Assembly (NCBI GenBank): GCA_038153405.1
Contig: JAYOYH010000016.1
Coordinates: forward strand, 1-25,436
Direction: 5' to 3'
Origin: Gemmatimonadota bacterium
GTDB taxonomy: Bacteria; Latescibacterota; UBA2968; UBA8231
Length of the DNA stretch: 25,436 bases
Translations under genes and position numbers: made by a program
Notes under the pieces: model-generated
Database searches by the model: none
Told to the model about the DNA's origin: nothing
The model's input: only the letters and a program-made list of their open reading frames with translations
In this document: positions 1 to 7,617 of the stretch, piece by piece
Numbering within the stretch: the first letter of the stretch is position 1
How the letters are laid out: every line of letters begins with the position of its first letter

Positions 1-21
1 AAGTCCCTGTTTATAATTAGA

Positions 22-97
22 TGGTGGCTCCTCCCAGAATTGAACTGGGGACACAGGGATTTTCAGTCCCCTGCTCTACCAACTGAGCTAAAGAGCC
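22..97 (-). tRNA. tRNA-Phe (anticodon GAA), CCA encoded
   Basis: Reverse complement reads GGCTCTT TAGCTCAGTTGGTAGAGC A GGGGA CTGAAAA TCCCT GTGTC CCCAG TTCAATT CTGGG AGGAGCC ACCA. This is a 76-nt cloverleaf with canonical D-loop, GAA anticodon and T-arm. Confidence 0.98.
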
Positions 98-114
98 ACC
101 CGAATCGGAGGATT

Positions 115-143
115 AAATTAGCGCCCTTCCATAATCTTGTCAA
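115..143 (-). promoter_or_regulatory. sigma70-type promoter of tRNA-Phe
   Basis: Minus strand TTGACA (143-138), 17-nt spacer, TAATTT (120-115), 17 nt upstream of the tRNA 5' end. Confidence 0.75.
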
Positions 144-152
144 GGATGTGCA

Positions 153-686
153 ATGCCCGTTTCAATCATTCCCTTTGCCATGCCCGAACCAGCGGAAATT
201 CCCGCGCATATTGTAGATGGGCTCAAGGAGATGCCGCCCGATGAGGCGGCTAGGAAAACCATAGAACTGCTAATGCAGATCGAGGTGGCCGATACCATCG
301 CCTACGAGCGCATCGATGAGATCGGTGCCGTGGTCGTGCGGCACGTTGCCGGGCACAGAGCCGCCGATCTAGAGGCGATCTTGGTAAAGGCCAACGGTTC
401 ACTCACCTCTACAGCGGCTGCGCACCGTTCGGCGCTGCTGGTCATGGGACAGGTTAGCGCGGGAGAAGAGAGCGACTTGCCCACAGGCGTGGTGGACTTT
501 TTGCTGAACGGAGCGAGTAACGGCAGCATCGGCTTTAATTACGTGCTGCCGCTGAGCGCCGCGGATGGGCAAGGGATAGGCTCGCTAACGCTAATGCGCT
601 CGGCCGGCGAAGGGCCTCTCAACCACGAACAGCCCAATATATGCGAGGCGATGCGCCGCGAGTTGAGCACTATGTTAGCCGGTTGA
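153..686 (+). CDS. hypothetical protein, probable stand-alone GAF-like domain
   Basis: 177-aa ORF with AAGGA upstream and a terminator downstream. C-terminal YVLPLSAADGQGIGSLTLMR...NICEAMRRELS resembles the GAF beta-hairpin and final helix. Confidence 0.6.
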   Translation: MPVSIIPFAMPEPAEIPAHIVDGLKEMPPDEAARKTIELLMQIEVADTIAYERIDEIGAVVVRHVAGHRAADLEAILVKANGSLTSTAAAHRSALLVMGQVSAGEESDLPTGVVDFLLNGASNGSIGFNYVLPLSAADGQGIGSLTLMRSAGEGPLNHEQPNICEAMRRELSTMLAG

Positions 687-703
687 CATCGATATTGGCC
701 AGT

Positions 704-753
704 AATAAAAAAGGCGCCGACCGCACATTTTCGCGGTCGGCGCCTTTTTTATT
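704..753. terminator. bidirectional intrinsic terminator
   Basis: AATAAAAAAGGCGCCGACCGC-acattttc-GCGGTCGGCGCCTTTTTTATT is a perfect stem with A and T tracts, between convergent genes. Confidence 0.92.
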
Positions 754-768
754 TAGGGCGGGTAAGAC

Positions 769-1038
769 TCAGGCGGCGACTGGTTCGACGACGCCTTTTT
801 CAATCATCCAGGCCTCGACCTCTTCGCCGCTTACGTCGGCCAGCATCTGTCCATTGATCTCGACGCAGGGCGAGAGCGGCTGTCCGCTCTTTTGCACCAT
901 TTCCGCGTAGATGTCAGGATTGTTGATGATATCTTTGTCCTCGTATTCGAGCTGGTATTTAGCGAACGTCTCGCGCACGCTATTGCTCCAGCCGCAAACC
1001 GGCTTCAGATAAGCTACGATTTTGGGGGCATCAGCCAT
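769..1038 (-). CDS. monothiol glutaredoxin-like protein (CGWS)
   Basis: 89 aa from ATG at 1038 (GGGGAAAGGA upstream). KIVAYLKPVCGWS...KSGQPLSPCVEING matches the glutaredoxin fold with a CxxS site and cis-Pro loop. Confidence 0.88.
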   Translation of the reverse strand: MADAPKIVAYLKPVCGWSNSVRETFAKYQLEYEDKDIINNPDIYAEMVQKSGQPLSPCVEINGQMLADVSGEEVEAWMIEKGVVEPVAA

Positions 1039-1116
1039 TTTTCTATCCTTTCCCCAATATGATGAAAGCATCGTTGAAAAAAGTGCGTGTTTTTTTGCCT
1101 TTGACGAATGCTTGGG

Positions 1117-1144
1117 AATATAGATAGGCCGGCGTATCTGTCAA
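1117..1144 (-). promoter_or_regulatory. putative sigma70 promoter of the glutaredoxin gene
   Basis: Minus strand TTGACA (1144-1139), 16 nt, TATATT (1122-1117). Confidence 0.55.
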
Positions 1145-1172
1145 GCGGGCAAGCCTTTAGGGGCATTTTTGT

Positions 1173-1201
1173 TTGACTCGATAAGGGCTTGCCTTTACAT
1201 T
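1173..1201 (+). promoter_or_regulatory. putative sigma70 promoter of murA
   Basis: TTGACT (1173-1178), 17 nt, TACATT (1196-1201). Confidence 0.55.
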
Positions 1202-1271
1202 GGAAACACCCCGGCTGTGACCAGTATCGCAACCACCCTCTCGCCCTCAAAAACTAAAGTTTAGGACGACC

Positions 1272-2543
1272 ATGGCTTCTGAAGAAGTGCTCTACGTGGA
1301 AGGTGGCCGTGCGCTGTGCGGCGAAGCCGTAGTGCAGGGTTCAAAAAATGCGGCATTGCCCATGCTGGCCGCTTCGCTGCTGGCTACTGAGGGGCAGACG
1401 GTGCTCCATAGGGTGCCGCCGGTAAAGGATGTGCTGGTCGCCATGCAAGTGCTGCGCCAACTTGGAGCTCATGTAGAATACGACGCGCAGAGCGAAGTGG
1501 CGGTCATCGATGCGACGGGTGATATATCGCATCGCTTGCCAGAAGATTTGTCGGTGCGCTTCCGCGCTTCCGTGCTCTTTGTCGGGCCGCTGCTAAGCCG
1601 CTTTCGCCGCGCATGGATACGCGAAGTGGGGGGCTGCACCATCGGTTCGCGTCCAACCGACTACCACTACCGCGGCTTTGCGCGTTTGGGGGCGCAGGTC
1701 AAGGGCATTCGCGGCGGCGGATTTGACGTAGTGGCCGAAGACTTGGCGGGCGCTTATATGTACTGCGATTTGCCCAGCCACACCGGCGTGGAAAATCTGG
1801 TGATGGCCGCATCGCTAGCCAAGGGCGAATCGATCATAGAAAACGCCGCTTCCGATCCAGAGATTGTCAACTTTGTCGAGTTGCTCAAGAAGATGGGCGC
1901 CGATGTCGAGGGTGCGGGAACGCGGCTGGTCCGCATACGCGGCGTAGAGCAGCTGCGCGGGGCCGAACACGAGGTGATGTACGATCGCCTTGATGCCGGT
2001 ATGCTGATGATGGCTGGGGCGATTACCGGCGGTGACATACACCTGAAGGGCGTCGAGTTAGCCCACTTGGGCATCTTTGCCGCCAAACTGCAGCAGATGG
2101 GTGTGCATGCCGAAGCAGACGGAGACGGAGTGCGCGTGCGAGGACCGCAGGCGCTGTCGCCGATCAATGTTGTGACCACTTTTTATCCGGGTTTTCCCAC
2201 CGACCTGCAGCCGTGCATTATGGCATTGGCCTGCGTGGCCAGCGGCGATAGCTACGTGCGTGAGACGGTTTTCGAAAACCGCCTTGGCCACGTCAAGAAT
2301 CTGCGTGCCTTCGGTGCTAAGCTATCGCCGGAAAAGGACAACCTGGTCATCGTGCACGGTCCGGCGCGCCTGCAGGGAGCGTCGGTGCGCGCACTCGATA
2401 TACGCGCCGGTGCCGCCTGTGTGTTGGCCGGTCTGGCCGCCGAGGGGCGCACGAGCATTCATAATCTATATCAGCTAGACCGCGGTCATGCCCACCTCGA
2501 AGAGCGCCTGCGCGGTTTGGGAGCGCATTTAGAGCGTCTATAG
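1272..2543 (+). CDS. murA: UDP-N-acetylglucosamine 1-carboxyvinyltransferase
   Basis: 423 aa with GSKNAALP, RASVL, GGCTIGSRP (catalytic Cys loop), YPGFPTDLQ, ETVFENR, DIRAGAA and LDRG motifs. Confidence 0.96.
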   Translation: MASEEVLYVEGGRALCGEAVVQGSKNAALPMLAASLLATEGQTVLHRVPPVKDVLVAMQVLRQLGAHVEYDAQSEVAVIDATGDISHRLPEDLSVRFRASVLFVGPLLSRFRRAWIREVGGCTIGSRPTDYHYRGFARLGAQVKGIRGGGFDVVAEDLAGAYMYCDLPSHTGVENLVMAASLAKGESIIENAASDPEIVNFVELLKKMGADVEGAGTRLVRIRGVEQLRGAEHEVMYDRLDAGMLMMAGAITGGDIHLKGVELAHLGIFAAKLQQMGVHAEADGDGVRVRGPQALSPINVVTTFYPGFPTDLQPCIMALACVASGDSYVRETVFENRLGHVKNLRAFGAKLSPEKDNLVIVHGPARLQGASVRALDIRAGAACVLAGLAAEGRTSIHNLYQLDRGHAHLEERLRGLGAHLERL

Positions 2544-2752
2544 CCTAGTCACTGTCTTGACTGCACTTTCAGGTGACCCCATTTTTGCGCCGCATAAACT
2601 CTAGCCAAGCGCACTCGCTGCGCCGTGCGGTCTGTGCATACCGGCGGGCGAGGCCCTATCTCACCATATCATGTTTTTAATCACTATTGCCCATGCGCAT
2701 CCCTCTATAGCGAATCGCTGCAGCCCCACAGCTCAATTTGCATTGGAGCACT

Positions 2753-3091
2753 ATGTCTGAGCGCACGTTGGCTTCTTGTCAGCGCGAAGTAGACGAGTGG
2801 ATTCGCACAGTTGGCGTGCGCTACTTTTCCGAGCTGACCAATACGGCCGTGCTGATGGAAGAAGTGGGCGAGTTGGCGCGCCTGATGGCGCGCACCTACG
2901 GCGAGCAAAGCTTTAAGGACGGCGAAGAGCGCGACCTAGGTATGGAGATGGCCGATGTGCTCTTTGTGCTGATCTGTCTAGCTAACCAGACGGGCGTCGA
3001 TCTGGAAGAGGCCTTTGCCAAGGCGATGGACAAAAAGACCCGCCGCGACCGCGACCGCCACGCCAATAACCCCAAGCTGCAAAGCGAATGA
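2753..3091 (+). CDS. MazG-like nucleotide pyrophosphohydrolase (YpjD-like)
   Basis: QREVDEWI...YFSELTN...LMEEVGELAR...EMADVLFVLICLANQTGVDL. ATG at 2753 follows GGAG. Confidence 0.92.
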   Translation: MSERTLASCQREVDEWIRTVGVRYFSELTNTAVLMEEVGELARLMARTYGEQSFKDGEERDLGMEMADVLFVLICLANQTGVDLEEAFAKAMDKKTRRDRDRHANNPKLQSE

Positions 3092-4416
3092 GTTGGAGGC
3101 GCCTGTGGTTGATGTTCTGCACATTGACGCTGGGAGTGGCGTCCTGTAGCGCCGTCAATCCGACGGCCAGCCTTGAATACGCGCCGAGCCGTCTATCCAT
3201 TGGGCCGCTGCTCGTCGGTACCTGGCTGCCGGCCGGCATGAACGACTTTCGCTTTGATGGCGAAGACCGCGCGCTGCTAGAAGAAGTGGGCATCAACGCC
3301 GTGCAGTGGCTGCAGCGCCACGAAGACGGGTCCGGAACAGCCGAAGCACAGTTGATGCGCTTTGCCTCGGAGCGCGGTTGGCAAATGCCGGCCTATTACG
3401 AGCCGTCCGATCTAACTCCATACGATAAGTTGCACAATTGGGCCACGCGCGTTGAGGAGGTGAATGCCGACTCTCTGCACTTGGTCGTCGAAGGCGTGCG
3501 CCGTCAGTGGGATGCGGTACCGGCTTTCGCCGGATATTTGGTCGGACACGAGGACTATCGCAGGGATTATTACCCTGCGCTAGCCGCAGTAGTAAAGGCG
3601 CTGGGCCAGAGCGATCCGCGGCGCCCGGTATACAGCGTGGGGCGCTTGCGCGACTATCAGGATGCGCGCGCGTTTTTCGATGCGCTTTTTGATGCCGGAG
3701 CACCGGGCAACGTATTTCAGCAGGAGCACTACGTTTTTCGCGGCCAGGTCCCCGAACAGGGGCGCGCCTTCCAGCGGCGCATCGCCGATCTGACCGATGG
3801 CTACGACGAGGTCGTGCGCGGTTTGGAAGGGCGCACGGGACGTTGGCACGCCATTGTCCAAGTGCAGAGCGAAGTGCGCGGTGAAAAAATATACTATCGA
3901 AAGCCAACGGCGGCCGAAATTCGCCTGCAAGTCGGTTTGGCGCTTTCGCGGGGTGCTTCGGGCATCGTCTACTTCCTCTATAGCTCGGGATTAGAAGAAC
4001 TGCGCGATGCGCAGGGCGATCTGGTCGAGACTCGCCTTTACGAAGGGCTCGTCGACCGGAGCGGGCGGCCAACGTCGAGCTATGCGGCTGTGCAGCGGCT
4101 CAACGGCGACTTGCGCACCTTGAGTAGCGAGCTGGAAGCGCTGCATTTTCACGGCGCGCTGTCCTCGCGCTTTCTCTTGGTAAACGAATGGGTAGAACGC
4201 CTTGACGGCGATGCGGAAGTCGGGCTTTTTGGCGACGGCCAGCAGGTCAGTCACCTACTCGTCGTCAATCGCTGGGGACACGCCGTCCAGCGCGTGCGCC
4301 TGCAGCTGGGTGCCCACTGGGCGCTTGACGGCGCCGAGCAACGCGTTGAGCTTGAACTGGCGGCGGGCGATTTTCGCCTGCTGCGCATTGAGCAAAGGAG
4401 CATTGGCAATGAGTAA
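3088..4416 (+). CDS. putative lipoprotein with glycoside-hydrolase-like TIM barrel
   Basis: ATGA overlap with the upstream gene. Signal peptide ends in lipobox-like VASC. FAGYLVGHE, ALSRGASGIVYFLY and a beta-rich C-terminus resemble clan GH-A-like barrels. Confidence 0.6.
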   Translation: MSWRRLWLMFCTLTLGVASCSAVNPTASLEYAPSRLSIGPLLVGTWLPAGMNDFRFDGEDRALLEEVGINAVQWLQRHEDGSGTAEAQLMRFASERGWQMPAYYEPSDLTPYDKLHNWATRVEEVNADSLHLVVEGVRRQWDAVPAFAGYLVGHEDYRRDYYPALAAVVKALGQSDPRRPVYSVGRLRDYQDARAFFDALFDAGAPGNVFQQEHYVFRGQVPEQGRAFQRRIADLTDGYDEVVRGLEGRTGRWHAIVQVQSEVRGEKIYYRKPTAAEIRLQVGLALSRGASGIVYFLYSSGLEELRDAQGDLVETRLYEGLVDRSGRPTSSYAAVQRLNGDLRTLSSELEALHFHGALSSRFLLVNEWVERLDGDAEVGLFGDGQQVSHLLVVNRWGHAVQRVRLQLGAHWALDGAEQRVELELAAGDFRLLRIEQRSIGNE

Positions 4417-5167
4417 GTTAGAAGGCAAAGTAGCGCTGGTAACGGGGAGCAATCGCGGTATCGGCAAGGCCATCGCTCGCGCGCTGGCTGCGGAGGGGGC
4501 CGCGCTGGTGCTGGCGGCGCGCAGCGCAGATACCCTTGAACGAGCCGCAGCAGATATCGCCGCTGAATTTGGCGTCGAGGTTTTGGCAGTGCCAACGGAC
4601 GTGTCGAATGAAGAGCAGGTGCGGGCCCTATTCGAGCGCGCACGAGAAAAGTATGCGCGCATCGATATTCTCATCAACAACGCCGGCGCCTTTGACGGCG
4701 GCCCCATCGAGGATATCAGCATAGAGGCGTGGAATAACGTCGTCGGTGCCTGCTTGACGGGGCCGTTCCTGTGCACGCGCGAGGCTTTCCGTATTATGAA
4801 GCCGCAGGGCGGCGGGCGCATCATCAACATCGGCAGCATTTCTGCGCAGATGCCGCGCATGTATTCCGTGCCCTATACGGCGACCAAGCACGGGGTATGG
4901 GGCCTGACCAAGGCCGCCGCTTTGGAAGGACGCCAGCACGGCATCGTGGTATCGGCGCTACATCCGGGCAACGTGCGCGTCGAGCGGCGCATAAACGAGG
5001 GCAGCAATACGGCGGGTAGTGGCATGGTGTCGGACGGCGGTGAGCCAATGATGACGATGGAGGAAATCGCCGACGCCTGCCTGCACATGGCGGCGCTGCC
5101 GCCACACGTCAATTTCTTAGAGGCGATTGTCCTACCCACTGAGCAGCACTATCTGGGGCGTGGTTAA
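4409..5167 (+). CDS. short-chain dehydrogenase/reductase (SDR family)
   Basis: MSKLEGKVALVTGSNRGIG, NNAG, IINIGS and YTATK (YxxxK). ATG at 4409 follows AAGGAG and overlaps the previous stop. Confidence 0.95.
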   Translation: MSKLEGKVALVTGSNRGIGKAIARALAAEGAALVLAARSADTLERAAADIAAEFGVEVLAVPTDVSNEEQVRALFERAREKYARIDILINNAGAFDGGPIEDISIEAWNNVVGACLTGPFLCTREAFRIMKPQGGGRIINIGSISAQMPRMYSVPYTATKHGVWGLTKAAALEGRQHGIVVSALHPGNVRVERRINEGSNTAGSGMVSDGGEPMMTMEEIADACLHMAALPPHVNFLEAIVLPTEQHYLGRG

Positions 5168-5196
5168 CGCGCAGCACACAGTAGCGCGCAGGAGTG

Positions 5197-5231
5197 AATC
5201 CCGCTGGTCCCCAAGACCGGCGGGATTTTTT
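5197..5231 (+). terminator. intrinsic terminator
   Basis: AATCCCGCTGGTC-cccaa-GACCGGCGGGATT running into a T-tract, 30 nt after the SDR stop. Confidence 0.85.
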
Positions 5232-5265
5232 ATATCAACGCCCGAAATCTAATATATTACCTAGT

Positions 5266-7311
5266 ATGAGTATTGAGCCGGACATAGCGTCGACTAGCAA
5301 CGACGAGCGGCCTAACAGCGGTCTGCGCGAAGGGTCTATATCGCATGCCGAGGTCAATGCCGCGCTGCGCGCGCACGAGAAGACCGTCGTCTTTGGCCAG
5401 CAAAATCGCCTGCGCGCCGGTATGCTCATGGCCGACGACAAGCTACCGCGCTACCACGCCGGCCACGACGTGGTGAAGTTTTTTTATGGCGCCATTCGCC
5501 AGTTGCCCGAGCCCTACGTGGATGCGCTACTCCACTGGGGCGTCAGCGTGACCATGGTCAAAAGTCCACATCTGCTGGTTTTTTACCACGCGCGCGCCCA
5601 CCAGTCCTTTCACGTAGGCTACACGCGCAAGACTGTCTACATGCCGGAAATGGTGCTGAAAGAAGCCTATAACAAAGGCTATGACTACTGGGCGATAAGC
5701 GAGACGCTGATAGCGGAGACCACGCCGCTGATGGACTATCTGATGCTGCTGGAATTTTTCCAGCGCGCGCGCCTACGCCTTCACTCGCACCATACGTTGG
5801 GCCACCATTTTGTGCGCAGCACCATGGAAGAGCTCAACAAGCATCTGGAGCATACCGACGATCCAGAGTGCGAATTCAATCTGTTCTACACTACCTACGA
5901 AGATCATTTATACGAGGTCCAGCGCGATGACGGAAGCGACCCGTTCGCGTGGGTCGATGGTATTTTTGACGAGGAGATCGAGCGCAAATGGGCGCGCTTA
6001 AAGCTCTTTAGCGTGCGCGTTCACTTCGGCTATCCGCGTTATTACGACATTGATCGCGACATCGTGCATCCGGCGGCATTTGCCGCGGCCGAGCGGTTGG
6101 GAATGTCGGTTGAGCCGCAGAGCGTGGCCGATCTCCAGCACGATCTGCAGGATGTGGCGCGCTTTGGGGTCAGTGCACAGATCAAGGGCGATGCGCTCAT
6201 TGACCAACTCATCGAGCGCGGCGCGCCGGGCATCAAGGGTTTTGCTGAACTGGGATGGACCGAGGGCGAATACTGGGGAGGGGGTTACTATCCGGCAGTC
6301 GAATTTAAAGACGAGCTGCAGCGCAATTCGAGCGGGCCAGATGAACCGATGTACGGCTGCGTCGCGCTGGATTTTCGTCAGCTGCTGCACCTGGATCAGC
6401 TCGACGATCTGCAGGGGCTCTTCAACAGCCGCCATCGGCTGGCTTTTCGCAAGAAGAAATCGGCCGTGTTTCGCCTGCTCAAATTGGGCGGTGGCAGCGA
6501 TGTTAAACAGCTAGTCATTGAATGCGCTGCGCTGCTGGAATATTCTCAGAACGACGACGAACTCATAGTTGGGTTGATGGAGATCCTATGGGACCACTAT
6601 CTGTGCCTCGACAGAGACGCCCCAGATTTTTCCCGCTTTTTGCTGGGGCAGATCGTGCGTAAGCTCGATCGTCACCCGCTATACCACGACGTATTCTTGC
6701 CGCAGTACACTCAATTGAGCGGCGGGCAAAAACTCGTCGTGCGCGAGAATGCACGCGAGGTCATAGACTATCTGGCAGAACGGGTGCCAGAGCAGCCATC
6801 GCGCTTTTCCTACGATCCCCAGCGCCTGCGCGCTCGCTGGCACGTCTTCACTGAGCGCAGGAAAATAGACGGCGGCAATCCAGAACTGCTGAATATCTTG
6901 GCCGGGGTGCTGCTGCGACTGGATCGCAGGGATGACTACGGCGAATTGGTTGCTGAAGTGGCTCAACTGGGTGATCGGGCGAATGAGGCCTGTCGCGAAA
7001 TTGTCGAGTGCACAGATCCCAAAGACGAACAGCGCCAAGCCATACTCCGCGCGGCGCTACATTTGTTGGACGATGAGAAGATCGATGGCGAGGAGGTCAC
7101 AGCACCCCCTGTAAATCGCCCGTCGCTGTTGGCGAGCTTCTACTCGGTGATAGACCGTCCCAAACCGGATGATCGCAATCAGCCGCTGAGCGGCTACATG
7201 CGCGATGAAGGGATGAGCAAGGAGCAAGTGCTGCACAAGCTGAAGGGGCGCGGAGGCCATGCGCTGGCGGCACACCGCGCAGTAGTAGAACTGCTTTTTT
7301 TCGCGTCGTAA
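5266..7311 (+). CDS. large hypothetical protein (681 aa), mostly helical
   Basis: Long ORF with host-like codon usage. The longer start at 5194 runs through the terminator, so ATG at 5266 is preferred. No recognised family. Confidence 0.85.
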   Translation: MSIEPDIASTSNDERPNSGLREGSISHAEVNAALRAHEKTVVFGQQNRLRAGMLMADDKLPRYHAGHDVVKFFYGAIRQLPEPYVDALLHWGVSVTMVKSPHLLVFYHARAHQSFHVGYTRKTVYMPEMVLKEAYNKGYDYWAISETLIAETTPLMDYLMLLEFFQRARLRLHSHHTLGHHFVRSTMEELNKHLEHTDDPECEFNLFYTTYEDHLYEVQRDDGSDPFAWVDGIFDEEIERKWARLKLFSVRVHFGYPRYYDIDRDIVHPAAFAAAERLGMSVEPQSVADLQHDLQDVARFGVSAQIKGDALIDQLIERGAPGIKGFAELGWTEGEYWGGGYYPAVEFKDELQRNSSGPDEPMYGCVALDFRQLLHLDQLDDLQGLFNSRHRLAFRKKKSAVFRLLKLGGGSDVKQLVIECAALLEYSQNDDELIVGLMEILWDHYLCLDRDAPDFSRFLLGQIVRKLDRHPLYHDVFLPQYTQLSGGQKLVVRENAREVIDYLAERVPEQPSRFSYDPQRLRARWHVFTERRKIDGGNPELLNILAGVLLRLDRRDDYGELVAEVAQLGDRANEACREIVECTDPKDEQRQAILRAALHLLDDEKIDGEEVTAPPVNRPSLLASFYSVIDRPKPDDRNQPLSGYMRDEGMSKEQVLHKLKGRGGHALAAHRAVVELLFFAS

Positions 7312-7425
7312 CAAGACCTTCCGTCTTGGCGACACTACAGCGATCGAGAGAGTGTATTGGTGTGGAGCGCGCCGGATCGATTGCGCGATATCGGCGCGCC
7401 CCACGGGAGGGTAATGCGCATCCCG

Positions 7426-7453
7426 AGTATGTCGACGAAGGCGCATTTGTCAA
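7426..7453 (-). promoter_or_regulatory. putative leftward sigma70 promoter with no annotated gene downstream
   Basis: Minus strand TTGACA (7453-7448), 16 nt, CATACT (7431-7426), with an A/T tract at 7464-7482 upstream. Confidence 0.45.
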
Positions 7454-7497
7454 CGTCCGTTAGTAAAAAAAGCTTTTTTTTTGCCAATGCTGCTGTA

Positions 7498-7525
7498 TTG
7501 ACAAGGCCTACTCACGCCTTAGATT
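7498..7525 (+). promoter_or_regulatory. putative sigma70 promoter of top6B-top6A
   Basis: TTGACA (7498-7503), 16 nt, TAGATT (7520-7525). The A7/T9 tract upstream is UP-element-like. Confidence 0.6.
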
Positions 7526-7617
7526 TTGCTCGCGTCTCCCCCGAATCATACTGCGCAATGCCACAGCGGGTCCATCCTGCGCGCGGGCGTTTTCGCATCC
7601 CTGCAGAAGGAATGTAG

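Noticed and set aside
1626..1660. Possible fosfomycin-resistant MurA
   Set aside because: The active-site Cys (TGC at 1635-1637, GGCTIGSRP) is retained, with no Cys-to-Asp change.
2705..2719. 15-mer CTATAGCGAATCGCT repeated at 23060-23074
   Set aside because: A single 15-nt match is near chance expectation in 25 kb, with no mobile-element context, and the two copies flank core genes.
2544..2752. Possible riboswitch between murA and the MazG-like gene
   Set aside because: Only an imperfect GC hairpin (~2613-2651) is present, with no recognisable aptamer consensus.
3293..5139. Long antisense and alternate-frame ORFs (e.g. 3293-4072, 4255-4860; similarly 9741-10256, 12765-13316, 22335-22907)
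   Set aside because: They are shadow ORFs of well-supported genes in GC-rich DNA, with Arg/Ala/Pro-rich composition and no motifs.
7312..7425. Identification as tmRNA, SRP RNA or a true tRNA
   Set aside because: There is no TTCRA T-loop, cloverleaf, tag reading frame or SRP helix-8 internal loops. It is kept only as an unnamed candidate.
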